Shown: piece after piece, positions 9,812 to 20,087 of the stretch
Layout: each line of letters begins with the position of its first letter
How positions within the stretch are numbered: the stretch's first letter is position 1
Assembly: GCA_963739455.1 (NCBI GenBank)
Contig: CAVUAK010000003.1
Span: forward strand, 288,001 to 352,000
DNA length: 64,000 nt
Source: an uncultured Gemmatimonadales bacterium
Lineage (GTDB): Bacteria; Gemmatimonadota; Gemmatimonadetes; Gemmatimonadales; GWC2-71-9
Reading direction: 5' to 3'
Position numbers and translations under genes: made by a program
Notes under the pieces: model-generated
The model's database searches: none
What the model was told of the DNA's origin: nothing
What the model saw: only the letters and a program-made list of their open reading frames with translations

Positions 9812-10609
9812 CTAGTTCGCCTTCTTGAGCTCGATCGCGCCGTTCACCGTCGACAGTTCGAGTCGTGGTCCGCCGTTCCCGATGGTTCCCCGCATGCTGC
9901 GGGGCGACATCTTGCCCTGGAGGGTGAGCGGGAACTCGCTGCTGATCTCGCCGTTCAGCGTGTTGGCGCGCACCTCGAGATTGGCCGGTGTCGGCATCTC
10001 CACCGTTACCGATCCATTGATGGTCTTGGCCTCGAGGTCGCCGGTCCAGCTGGAGGCACCGAGCCGGAGGACGACGTCGCCGTTCACCGTTTCGGCGCTG
10101 CCGGTGCCGCGGGTGGCCAGGGAGACGTTGCCGTTCACCGACGTCACTTCGGCGTCGGCCGCGAGTCCGGTCGCGTTGACCGATCCATTGACCGTCTGGC
10201 CCTCGAACTTCACCCCGGCCGGCACATTGACGGTGAAGGTTACGTCCACGTCGTTGTTGTCCGAGTGCCTGTTGTGGTTGTTGGAGCGCGCGTTACATCC
10301 ATCGCCATCCTGCTGGTTGGGCCACACGGCGCAGATTGTCACCTGGTCGGCATCTTGTTCGACCCGGATCTCCACGCTGGCCGGGTCGCTCTTCCGGCTC
10401 TTCCGCACGGCAGCCACGGTCGCATCGGTGCCCGGCGCACTCGTGGCCTGGATGCTCCCGTTCACGTTCATCACCCGGAGCGTCTTGCCCGTGGCGATGA
10501 CACCGGTCCAGTGAAACGAGTCGTCGGTCTTCTGCTGGGCGCCGGCGCTTGCCGTGCCGGCGGCGCACAGGGCGATCAGGGCGGAAATGGTCCTGGTGCG
10601 GCTTGGCAT
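9812..10609 (-). CDS. DUF4097 family beta-strand repeat protein (secreted)
   Basis: Signal peptide; repeated TVNG/NVNG/TING motifs. Confidence 0.85.
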   Translation of the reverse strand: MPSRTRTISALIALCAAGTASAGAQQKTDDSFHWTGVIATGKTLRVMNVNGSIQATSAPGTDATVAAVRKSRKSDPASVEIRVEQDADQVTICAVWPNQQDGDGCNARSNNHNRHSDNNDVDVTFTVNVPAGVKFEGQTVNGSVNATGLAADAEVTSVNGNVSLATRGTGSAETVNGDVVLRLGASSWTGDLEAKTINGSVTVEMPTPANLEVRANTLNGEISSEFPLTLQGKMSPRSMRGTIGNGGPRLELSTVNGAIELKKAN

Positions 10610-10610
10610 G

Positions 10611-11492
10611 TCAGTTGTCGTCTCCGTTGCCCTTGCTCTTCGTGGAATGCGATCCGGGCCGGGCCAGCCGGATGTCGCCACCAAAGGACTCCAGGTCTAC
10701 TCGCGCGCTGCCGCTCCCGATCGTGAAGGAGAACTTCCGGCGCTGGTTCTTGCCGGTCAGCGTCACCGGGTAGTCCGACTCGAAGCTGCCGTTGAAGGTG
10801 TTGACGCTCACCGTGGCGTTCGCATTTGCCGGCATGGTGATGGCGATGTCCCCCTGATGGGTGGAGAGCTCGTAGCGGCCACCATCCTGGATCGTGCCAT
10901 CGTAGGTGATGTCGCCGTTCACGGTGCTGGCCTCGACGCTGGCGGACTTGATGGCCACGAGGGAGACGTCGCCGTTGACGGTCTGCACCGCCAGGTCGCC
11001 GGTCACCCGCTCCACCGTGACGGACTCATTGACCGACTGCGCCTCCACCCGGCCATTCACGTCGGTGACGGTCACGGCGCCCTCTACCGACTCGACCGAC
11101 ACGTTGCCCTCACCGCCCTTGACGGTCACGTCACCCCGAACCGTCTCTCCATGCACCGTGCACTTGCATCCGGTCACCGTGAGGTCGGTCTCGACGCCCG
11201 ACAGCTCGATCGCCATCCAGGCCGGCATCGTGATCTCGATGTCCGCGCTGCCGGCCGGACCCCACTTCCCGCTCGTCTCCACCGAGATCGTGGACCCGTC
11301 GGCGTTGATGTCGAGATGATCCTTGCGCCGGGTGTCGCCCTGGATGCGAACGGCGTCGCGATTCCAGGTGGTGACGGTGATCGAGCCGGCGTAGACCGAC
11401 ACCTCCAGTCGCTGGCCCTTGCGGACGGTCAGCGTGGTGTCGGCCCCCTGATGGAGCGTGGCAATGGCGAGCAGTAGTGACGTGATCAGCAC
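10611..11492 (-). CDS. DUF4097 family beta-strand repeat protein (secreted)
   Basis: Signal peptide; repeated TVRG/SVEG/TVNG/THQG/TFNG motifs. Confidence 0.85.
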   Translation of the reverse strand: MLITSLLLAIATLHQGADTTLTVRKGQRLEVSVYAGSITVTTWNRDAVRIQGDTRRKDHLDINADGSTISVETSGKWGPAGSADIEITMPAWMAIELSGVETDLTVTGCKCTVHGETVRGDVTVKGGEGNVSVESVEGAVTVTDVNGRVEAQSVNESVTVERVTGDLAVQTVNGDVSLVAIKSASVEASTVNGDITYDGTIQDGGRYELSTHQGDIAITMPANANATVSVNTFNGSFESDYPVTLTGKNQRRKFSFTIGSGSARVDLESFGGDIRLARPGSHSTKSKGNGDDN

Positions 11493-11502
11493 AAGCGACT
11501 CC

Positions 11503-12186
11503 TCAGCTGCGGGACTGGGTAAGACCGGCGACGAGGCGGAGCAGCTCCACCTTCCGCCTGGCCGTGCTGGCCAGGTGCCGGCTCACGTAGGCGTTGGACG
11601 GATCCGCGGCGAGCGCACGCTCGGCGTCCGCGATGGCGCTGTCGATGCGCGCCAGGTTCTGGGTCAGGACGCGCACCGTACCGCTATCGAGCTTCTCCGA
11701 CGCGAGGATCATTTCCAGGTCGGCCACCGCCGTCGGCGGTGGACTGGTTGGCCGTGGTTCCGATTGCTCACCGGCGTGGACACGACGTCCGGTGCCGGGC
11801 GTCACCGGGCGCGTTGGCCACCTCGGGGGCCCGCTGCGACAGGCGCGTCACGCCATAGACGGCACCACCCGACGCGAGACCGAGCAGGAGGGCCGGCCGC
11901 CGCGAGTCGTGGCCAGGAGATGAGCAGCCCGCGCTGCGGGTCCGGGGGCGGAATGGCACCACGCCATCCTCGTGGATGCGCGACTGCGATGCCGGCCCAC
12001 AGATCGGCGCCGGGAGTGCAGCTCCGGCAGCGCCCGGCCGCGGGCCGACACCTTTCGCAGGTCGTCCGCGATGGCCCGGCACTCTGCACAACCCACGAGG
12101 TGCAGTTCGAGGGCGCGGGTCGTGGCGACGTCGAGCTCGCCATCGACGTACTCCGAAAGCCGGTCGGTCCAGGTGTCATGCGTCAT
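11503..12186 (-). CDS. zf-HC2 (ZAS) membrane anti-sigma factor; several frameshifts at 11800-12020
   Basis: LSEYVDGEL...HLVGCAEC zinc motif; TM segment; C-terminal NLARIDSAIADAERALAADPSN helix. Confidence 0.8.
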
Positions 12187-12196
12187 GGTGTCTTCC

Positions 12197-12775
12197 TCAG
12201 CGCAACAGGAGCTGTCGCAGGGCCATGCGGGCCCGGTGCAGCTGCGACTTCGACGTACCAGTGGAAATCCCCAGCATCTTCCCGATGTCATCGTGCTGGT
12301 AGCCCTCGACGTCGTACAGCACGAAGACCTGCCTCATGCCGTCGGGGAGCTGCCGTACGGCGTCCTCCATGTCCATGCCCTCGTCGATGCTCACCCGTCG
12401 CGCGGGCTGGTCGGTGATCGCCGCTTCGTCGCTGCTCCAGCGCTTCCGGTCCCGTCCGAGCCCCGCGCGGTGTTCCAGCATCAGGTTGACCGCCAGCCGG
12501 TGCAGCCAGGTGCCAAAGGCCGACTCGCCGCGAAAGCTCCCGAGCTTCTGCCACGCCCGGACGAAGACGTCCTGGGTCAGCTCGTCGGCGTCGGCATCGG
12601 GGACCATGCGCCGCACCAGGGAATGCACCCGGTTCACGTGGCCCCGGTACAGCCGCTCAAAGGCGCGACTGTCCCCACTCTGGGCGAGGGCGACCTCGAC
12701 CGTTTCCTCGTCGCGCTTCCCGGGCAACTGGCTGCGCTCGGTCAGGATCCTCGCTCCACTCTGTAGGCGGTGCAT
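12197..12775 (-). CDS. ECF-family RNA polymerase sigma factor
   Basis: GD..AFERLY, ADELTQDVFVRAW..L.SFRGESAFGTWLHR, LP...RQVFVL....GY....I...LGIS.GTSKSQLHRAR. Confidence 0.95.
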   Translation of the reverse strand: MHRLQSGARILTERSQLPGKRDEETVEVALAQSGDSRAFERLYRGHVNRVHSLVRRMVPDADADELTQDVFVRAWQKLGSFRGESAFGTWLHRLAVNLMLEHRAGLGRDRKRWSSDEAAITDQPARRVSIDEGMDMEDAVRQLPDGMRQVFVLYDVEGYQHDDIGKMLGISTGTSKSQLHRARMALRQLLLR

Positions 12776-12785
12776 TTCAACGGGG

Positions 12786-12815
12786 TTGGACCGCCCGCTG
12801 CCCCAAAGGGTTGCA
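12786..12815 (-). promoter_or_regulatory. Putative autoregulatory ECF promoter
   Basis: Minus strand TGCAACC-N16-GGTCCAA directly upstream of the sigma ATG; ECF promoters typically carry AAC (-35) and GTC/CGT (-10). Confidence 0.5.
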
Positions 12816-13010
12816 TCCGCCTGGTATTGGTCACTTGGCCGGGCCGGCGGGGGGTCCCCCGTCCGGGCTAGACACAGAATAAGCCCCAGCCACTTTCCTG
12901 CGACCCCTGGTGCCCGGTGTCAGGGCTGAGCCGACCGATCAGCGATATATTTGCGCCGGCGCCGGCCCGTCAGGGTCGGCGGTCGCCCCACGCTTCAAGG
13001 AGCCAGTTGC

Positions 13011-14709
13011 ATGACGTCTGTCGCCCCCGGCCGGGTCCTCACTGCTCCACGCGGCACGACCATTTCCTGTCGCGGCTGGCACCAGGAAGCCGCGCTGCGA
13101 ATGCTGCACAACAACCTCGATCCGGCTGTGGCCGAGCGCCCGGACGATCTCGTGGTGTATGGCGGCAGCGGCAAGGCGGCTCGCAATTGGGCCTGCTTCG
13201 ACAAGATCGTCGAGACCCTGCGCCGTCTGGGCAACGACGAGACGCTGCTGGTGCAGAGCGGGAAGCCGGTGGGCGTCTTCCGGACGCACGATGAAGCGCC
13301 ACGCGTGCTCATCGCCAATTCCAACTTGGTGCCGCGCTGGGCCACGTGGGACGAGTTCCGTCGCCTCGAGGCGATGGGGCTCACCATGTACGGCCAGATG
13401 ACCGCCGGAAGCTGGATCTACATCAGGGTCGCAGGGAATCCTCCAGGGCACCTACGAGACGTTTGCCGAGTGCGCCCGCCAGCACTTCGGCGGCACGATG
13501 GCGGGGCGCCTGGTGGTGACCGGTGGCCTCGGTGGCATGGGCGGCGCCCAGCCGCTCGCCGCCACGATGAACGGTGCCGCTTTTCTCGGGGTCGATGTGG
13601 ATGCGGAACGCGTTCGCCGCCGTGTCGAGCAGGGCTACTGCGACCGCATGGAGACCGACCTCGACCGCGCCCTGCAACTCGTGCTCGATGCGAAGGCGAA
13701 GGGCGTGGCGCTCTCGGTGGGCCTGGTGGGCAATATCGCCGATGTCGTTCCCGATCTCGTGCGTCGCGGCATCGTCCCCGACGTCATTACCGACCAGACC
13801 TCGGCGCACGACCTGCGCCTGGGGTACATCCCGAGCGGATACTCGCTCGAGACGGCCGCCGTGATGCGGGACAAGGACCCCAAGGGATACGAGTCGGCAG
13901 TGCTGGACTCGATGTGCGTCCATGTCGAGGCGATGCTGGCGCTCAAGGCGCGCGGGGCAATCGCCTTCGACTACGGGAACAACCTGCGCGGGCAGGTGGC
14001 CGATCTTCGCGGCATGAGCGACGCGTTCAAGATCCCGGGATTCGTGCCCGAGTTCATCCGCCCGCTCTTCTGCCGTGGCTCGGGTCCCTTCCGCTGGGCG
14101 GCACTCTCGGGCGATCCGCGCGACATCGCCGTGACCGACGACGCCGTGCTCGAGACCTTCCCCCAAAAGGCGGATCTCGCGCGCTGGATCGCAAGGGCGC
14201 GCGAGAAGGTGCACTTCCAGGGACTGCCAGCCCGCATCTGCTGGCTCGAGTACGGTGAGCGCGCGGAGATGGGCCAGCGTTTCAACTGGCTGGTGAAGCG
14301 CGGCAAGGTGCAGGCGCCGCTCGTCATCGGGCGCGACCACCTCGACACCGGCTCGGTGGCGTCGCCCAACCGGGAGACGGAGGCGATGAAGGATGGCTCC
14401 GACGCGATCGCCGACTGGCCGCTGCTCAACGCGATGCTGAACACGGCTTGTGGCGCGAGTTGGGTGTCGCTCCATCACGGTGGAGGGGTTGGCATCGGCT
14501 ACTCCCTGCACTCGGGGATGGTCATCGTTGCTGACGGTACGGACAAGGGTGGTGACCGGTTGATGCGTGTCCTCACCGCGGACCCTGGCACGGGCGTCAT
14601 GCGTCACGCCGACGCCGGATATGAGGAAGCAATTGCGACCGCCGCCCAGCGCGGAATTGACCTGCCGATGATCAACAATGGCGAAGTGGGAAGCGGGAAG
14701 GGGACCTAA
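13011..14709 (+). CDS. hutU: Urocanate hydratase; frameshift ~13425
   Basis: [67 protein letters not shown]. Confidence 0.97.
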
Positions 14710-14711
14710 GC

Positions 14712-15923
14712 CTGCCTCTCCTCACCAACATTGGATTCCTCGCGACCTGTCGCGCCGCGGGCGGGCAGGGGGACATCCACGCACTCCGCGACGCGGCGAT
14801 TGCGTGGGAAGGCGATCGCATCGCGTGGGTGGGTCCCGCCGCGGCAGTGCCCGCTGATTTCGCGAGACTGCCGGCAGAGGATGCTGGTGGGCGTTCGGTT
14901 TTCCCCGGACTGATCGATTGCCACACGCACCTCGCCTTCGGCGGCTGGCGTGCTGATGAGTTTGAGCAGCGCATCCAGGGTGCCACCTATCTCGACATCG
15001 CGTCGCGGGGCGGCGGCATCGCATCCACTGTTCGACAGACGCGCGCCGCGTCCGAGGCAGACCTCGAGGCGCGTGCCCGCGGGTGGCTCGCGGCGATGCG
15101 ACAGCTCGGGGTCACCACCGTCGAGTGCAAGAGCGGCTATGGTCTCGACCGGGACACCGAGTTGCGGCTGCTGCGAGTGTACCAGCGCCTCGCCGCGTCG
15201 CAGCCTTCCCGGATCGTCCCCACCTATCTTGGCGCGCACGTGGTGCCGGCGGAGTACAAGGAGAACCGCGCCGGCTACCTGCGACTGCTCATCGACGAGA
15301 TGATCCCGGAGATCGCGCGCGAGCGTCTGGCCGAGTGCTGTGATGTCTTTGTCGAGCGCTCCGCGTTCTCGATCGACGAGGCCCGGGCCATCCTGAAAGC
15401 GGGGGTTGCTGCCGGACTTCGTCCCAAGCTGCATGCCGACCAGCTCTCCGATGGCGGAGGCGCACTGCTGGCGGCGGAGGTCGGCGCGCTGTCTGCGGAT
15501 CACCTCGAGCATGTCTCGGACGCCGGCATTCACGCCATGGCCGCCGCCGGTGTGGTCGCCGTCAGCCTCCCGCTGGCAACGATGTACCTGAACCAGCCGC
15601 CCATGCCCGCGCGTCGGCTCATCGACGCCGGCGTTGCCGTCGCCGTCGCCACCGACTTCAATCCCGGCTCCGCGCCCAGCTTGCACCTACCGTTCGCGCT
15701 GACGCTGGCCTGCACGTTGCAGCGCATGACGCCGGCTGAGGCACTGAAGGGTGCCACGCTGTTCGCGGCGCGCGCGCTGGACCTTGAGGGGGAGGTTGGT
15801 TCGCTCGAGGCGGGAAAGTACGCTGACTTTGCGATCTTCGATGTGCCCGACGTGACGCAGTGGCTCTATAACCTGCAGGCAAATGCCTGTGTGCGGACCG
15901 TCATCGGCGGGGAGACCGTGTGA
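14712..15923 (+). CDS. hutI: Imidazolonepropionase (start uncertain; CTG at 14712)
   Basis: PGLIDCHTHL, GGGI, ECKSGYG, KLHADQL, SADHL, ATDFNPGS; reading frame extends to 14712. Confidence 0.93.
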   Translation: MPLLTNIGFLATCRAAGGQGDIHALRDAAIAWEGDRIAWVGPAAAVPADFARLPAEDAGGRSVFPGLIDCHTHLAFGGWRADEFEQRIQGATYLDIASRGGGIASTVRQTRAASEADLEARARGWLAAMRQLGVTTVECKSGYGLDRDTELRLLRVYQRLAASQPSRIVPTYLGAHVVPAEYKENRAGYLRLLIDEMIPEIARERLAECCDVFVERSAFSIDEARAILKAGVAAGLRPKLHADQLSDGGGALLAAEVGALSADHLEHVSDAGIHAMAAAGVVAVSLPLATMYLNQPPMPARRLIDAGVAVAVATDFNPGSAPSLHLPFALTLACTLQRMTPAEALKGATLFAARALDLEGEVGSLEAGKYADFAIFDVPDVTQWLYNLQANACVRTVIGGETV

Positions 15924-16831
15924 CACTCGTAAGCCCCTGGGATCGCACCGATCCGCGCGTGGAGAACATCATGGGACGCGCGGTGGCCGCGGGCGAGGCG
16001 CCGCATGCGGTCCTGCTGGGGTTTCCGACCGACGAGGGCGTCCTGCGAAACGGGGGGCGGCCCGGCGCTGCTCGCGGGCCGGCTGAAATCCGGCGCTGGC
16101 TCGAGCGCTTCGCCCCAGATGCTCGTGACAGCGGCCGGTTCACGTCGCTGCTCGAGCACACCGCCGACCTTGGCGACATCGCGCTCACGGGCAACCTCGA
16201 TGCCGACCAGGCGGCGCTGGGTGAGGTCGTCGGCGGCCAGCTCCGCCTCGGCCGGTTCGTGATCATCCTGGGCGGTGGCCATGAAATGTCGTTCGGCCAC
16301 TTCCTTGGCTACGTCAACGCGCGCCTCCAGGTGGATGTCCTCAACTGGGATGCCCATGCTGATGTCCGTCCCCTGCGCGACCGGCTGGCGCACTCAGGGT
16401 CGCCGTTTCGCCAGGCGCTCGAGCATTCGTCGGGGGCGCTGCGACGCTATTCCGTCGCCGGCCTGCAGCCCCATACGGTCGCCGCGGCGCATGTGGAGCT
16501 TGTCCGGAGGCGCGGCCGCGCGGTGTTCCGCGACGAGGTGACGCCGACCGTGGTGCGCGATCTCTACGCCCACCTCGCGGCACCATCGTTCGTCTCCTTC
16601 GACATGGATGCTGTCGATCAGGCCTTCGCCCCCGGCGTGAGCGAGCCGTCCACCGGCGGCTTCACCCCGGCGGAATGGCTCGAGTTCGCCTATGGCAGCG
16701 GTCGTCAGGCAACGGTGCGGTCGGTGGATATCGCCGAGTTCAACCCGGTGTACGATCGGGATGGCCAGACAGGGCGCCTCGCGGCGCTGACGATCTGGCA
16801 TGTCCTGCGCGGGTATGCCGCGCGTGGCTGA
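15920..16831 (+). CDS. hutG: Formimidoylglutamase (arginase family)
   Basis: DEGV.RNGGRPGA..GP, GGGHE, NWDAHAD, SGSPF, SFDMD..D...APGVS. Confidence 0.92.
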   Translation: MTLVSPWDRTDPRVENIMGRAVAAGEAPHAVLLGFPTDEGVLRNGGRPGAARGPAEIRRWLERFAPDARDSGRFTSLLEHTADLGDIALTGNLDADQAALGEVVGGQLRLGRFVIILGGGHEMSFGHFLGYVNARLQVDVLNWDAHADVRPLRDRLAHSGSPFRQALEHSSGALRRYSVAGLQPHTVAAAHVELVRRRGRAVFRDEVTPTVVRDLYAHLAAPSFVSFDMDAVDQAFAPGVSEPSTGGFTPAEWLEFAYGSGRQATVRSVDIAEFNPVYDRDGQTGRLAALTIWHVLRGYAARG

Positions 16832-18026
16832 TCCGGTGGGCGTACATGTTGACGACGATCGCGCGGCTGTTCCAACGGTGGCTGGTCGGGTCGCTTCCGT
16901 GGACATCCTGCGCGGCGTCGTCATGGTCATCATGGCGCTCGACCATGTCCGCGACTTCTTCACCAACGTTCAATTCAACCCCGAGGACGTGACCCAGACG
17001 TCCCTCGCGCTCTTCTTCACCCGCTGGATCACCCACTTCTGCGCGCCGACGTTCGTCTTCCTTGCCGGTGTCGGCGCCGGGCTCAGCATGGCCCGCGGCG
17101 CGCCCCGGCCGAAGCTCGCGCGCTTCCTGCTGACGCGCGGTGCATGGCTGGTGGTTGCCGAACTGACCATTGTCCGCTTCGGCTGGACGTTCAACCTCGA
17201 CTACGCGAACCAGGTCTGGGTACAGGTCATCTGGGTGCTCGGCTGGTCGATGATCATCCTCTCCGGGCTGATCTACCTGCCGCGCTGGGTCATTGCGACC
17301 CTTGGCCTCACGATGATCGCCACCCACAACCTGCTCGACGGGATCGGGCTGGCGTCAGAGGGACAGACGCTCGCCGGCGCGGGCCTGCGCGACTGGCTCT
17401 GGGCGATCCTGCACGTGCAGCGGCCGCCAGTGATCTATCCGCTCATTCCCTGGATCGGCGTCATGGCGGTGGGCTACGTCTTCGCCCCGTTACTGCTCCG
17501 CGCCGATCCGCCCCGTCGCCGGAACCTCTTCCTCATCGGCGCCGCGCTCACCCTGGGCTTTATCCTGCTAAGGGCGAGCAACCTGTATGGCGATCCGTAT
17601 CCATGGCAGGTCGAGACCCGTCCCGGCATGACGCTGGTGTCTTTCCTGAACACCAACAAGTACCCGCCGTCCCTGCTGTACCTGATGATGACGCTCGGTC
17701 CGGCCATCATGCTGCTGCCGGTTTTCGAGCGTGCGCGTGGAGGGTTCGCCACGTTCTTCGACACGATCGGGCGGGTGCCCTTCTTCTACTACGTGGCGCA
17801 CATCTACTTGATCCACCTCATGGCGAACCTTGTGCTGCTCGCGCGGAGTTACCCGGCGTCGCTGGTGACGAACCCGTTCTTCTCGTATCCGGATGAGTGG
17901 GGATTTGGATTGCCGGTCATCTATGGCGTGTGGGTGCTGACGGTGCTGCTGCTGTATCCGGCCTGCCGCTGGTTTGCCGGGGTGAAGGCGCGCCGGCGCG
18001 ACCTCTGGTGGCTCGGCTACCTCTAG
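16824..18026 (+). CDS. DUF1624/HGSNAT-like multi-pass membrane acyltransferase
   Basis: RVASVDILRG.VM.IMALDH, FFTRWITHFCAP.F, KYPPSL. Confidence 0.85.
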   Translation: MADPVGVHVDDDRAAVPTVAGRVASVDILRGVVMVIMALDHVRDFFTNVQFNPEDVTQTSLALFFTRWITHFCAPTFVFLAGVGAGLSMARGAPRPKLARFLLTRGAWLVVAELTIVRFGWTFNLDYANQVWVQVIWVLGWSMIILSGLIYLPRWVIATLGLTMIATHNLLDGIGLASEGQTLAGAGLRDWLWAILHVQRPPVIYPLIPWIGVMAVGYVFAPLLLRADPPRRRNLFLIGAALTLGFILLRASNLYGDPYPWQVETRPGMTLVSFLNTNKYPPSLLYLMMTLGPAIMLLPVFERARGGFATFFDTIGRVPFFYYVAHIYLIHLMANLVLLARSYPASLVTNPFFSYPDEWGFGLPVIYGVWVLTVLLLYPACRWFAGVKARRRDLWWLGYL

Positions 18027-19072
18027 CGGAGCAGGGGCCACTGCTGGCTGACGCAGTGGAAGGCGCCAAGGCCCCACACCAGGTCGGTGCAATCGATCCC
18101 CACCACGCGGCGCGTGGGGAAGAGGCGCTGCAGCGTATCGACGGCTTCGGGATCGCGGCGCGGGTCGTAGGTAGGTAGCAGCACGACTGAGTTGCCGACA
18201 TAGAAGTTGGCGTAGCTCGCCGGCAGTCGCTGCCCATCGTACTCGAGACGCTTGGGCATCGGCAGCGTGACGACATCGAGGGGCCGCCCGTCCTGGTCCT
18301 TCATCGTCCTGAGCCGCTTCAGGTTCTCCTGGAGCGGCTCGTAGTTTGTGTCCGCGGGATCATGCTCCACCACCGTCACGACGGTCGTCGGGTCCACGAA
18401 CCGGGTGAGGTCATCCACGTGGCCATCGGTGTCGTCGCCCTCGATGCCGTCGCCCAGCCAGAGGATGTGCCGCACGCCGAGGTAGTCCTCGAGGTACTGC
18501 TCGATCTGGCGTTTCGAGAGTTGTGGATTGCGGTTGGGATTGAGGAGGCAGGCCTCGGTTGTCAGCAGTGTGCCAGCGCCGTTGACGTCGATGGACCCGC
18601 CTTCCATCACGATGCCGGGATGAAATACCGGAATGCCGTAGGCCGTGCCGACCAGGCTCGGGATGACATCGTCGAGGTCGTATGGAGGGTACTTGTCGCC
18701 CCAGGCGTTGTAGCCCCAGTCGATGATGGCCTGTTCCGCCCCGGCAGGCGTTTCGCGCTGCACGAAGATCGGCCCATGATCCCGGCACCAGGCATCGTTG
18801 GTGGGGAAGTGATGGAAGAAGACGTTGGCGAGTCTCGTGCCGGCGATCAGCGTGCGGCGCGCCTGCGCCTCCATCTCGGCGTCGCGCACGTTGATGTGCA
18901 CCTCCTCGCCATCGCTGAGCAACTGCACCATGCGCGCGAAGATGCCGGGCACCGGCGCGAACTTGCCGGGCCATGACGCTTCCTTGTGCGGCCAGCTGAG
19001 CCAGGTGCCGCGGTGCGGCGCCCACTCGGCGGGCATGGAGTAGCCGAGTTGTGCCGGGGTGCGGGAGGTCAC
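18023..19072 (-). CDS. aguA: Agmatine deiminase
   Basis: MPAEW.PH, DAWCRDHGP, EGGSID.NG.G, DDTDGHVD, ASYANFY, G.FHC.SQQ. Confidence 0.93.
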   Translation of the reverse strand: MTSRTPAQLGYSMPAEWAPHRGTWLSWPHKEASWPGKFAPVPGIFARMVQLLSDGEEVHINVRDAEMEAQARRTLIAGTRLANVFFHHFPTNDAWCRDHGPIFVQRETPAGAEQAIIDWGYNAWGDKYPPYDLDDVIPSLVGTAYGIPVFHPGIVMEGGSIDVNGAGTLLTTEACLLNPNRNPQLSKRQIEQYLEDYLGVRHILWLGDGIEGDDTDGHVDDLTRFVDPTTVVTVVEHDPADTNYEPLQENLKRLRTMKDQDGRPLDVVTLPMPKRLEYDGQRLPASYANFYVGNSVVLLPTYDPRRDPEAVDTLQRLFPTRRVVGIDCTDLVWGLGAFHCVSQQWPLLR

Positions 19073-19957
19073 TCGTCGATGAACCGCTTGGTGATGTCTC
19101 CGTACGCCTCGATGCGACGGTCGCGAAGGAACGGCCAGTGCGTCCGCTGCACGTCGACGCGGCCCAGGTCGCAGGGCACCACCATCACCTCTTCGCCCTC
19201 GCCTGCCTTCGCAATGACGCGACCGCCGGGATCGGCGACGAAGCTCCGGCCCCAGAACTCGATGCCGCCGGCCGGGCCATCCTCGAGGCCGACGCGGTTC
19301 ACGGCGCAGACGAACACGCCGTTGGCGATGGCATGGCTGCGCTGGATCGTCTCCCACGCATCGGCCTGTGCTGCGCCGAACTCCGCCTTCTCCGGCACCA
19401 GCCAGCCGATCGCGGTGGGATAGAACAGGATCTGCGCCCCGCGGAGCGCGGTGAGTCGCGCCCCCTCGGGATACCACTGATCCCAGCACACCAGCACGCC
19501 GATGCGACCGAACCTGGTGTCCCAGGCGCGGAAGCCGAGGTCGCCCGGAGTGAAGTAGAACTTTTCGAGATACTGTGGGTCGTCCGGGATGTGCATCTTC
19601 CGGTACTTGCCCAGGTAGCTTGCCGTCGGCGTCGATGATCGCCGCGGTGTTGTGGTAGAGGCCCTCAGCGCGCTTCTCGAAGAGACTCGCGATGAGCACC
19701 ACGCCGAGCTCGGCCGCCACCTTGCCCAGCGCATCGGTCGACGGCCCGGGAATCGCTTCCGCGAGTGCGAAGAAGCCGTGGTCCTCCGTCTGGCAGAAGT
19801 ACGGCCCCTGGAACAGTTCCTGGAGGCAGATGATCTGGGCGCCCTTGGCGGCGGCGGCGCGCACGCCGTCGATGGCGCGCGCCAGCCCGGTAACGGCATT
19901 CGCTGACGCTCGCTGCTGTACCAGGCCGATCTGGACGATGCGTTCGGTGTGTGCCAT
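19069..19957 (-). CDS. aguB: N-carbamoylputrescine amidase (carbon-nitrogen hydrolase); frameshift ~19620
   Basis: CLQELF, YRKMHIPDDP...EKFYF, VCWDQWYPE, NRVG.E; adjacent to aguA. Confidence 0.88.
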
Positions 19958-20087
19958 AGACGGGAAAAGATACTCGGCGCTGCGCTCGCCCGCACCCGCA
20001 ACCGTTCCGCTCCGACGGCCGTAGGGTTACTCTCTTGATCCGCCTCCCCGGCGGCCAGGTCCCAATTCCCGTGGAGTGATCGATCCC

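Noticed and set aside
18023..19957. Apparent 644-aa AguB-AguA fusion in the ORF track
   Set aside because: Created by one indel near 19620; the two genes have a normal 4-nt stop/start overlap at 19069-19072
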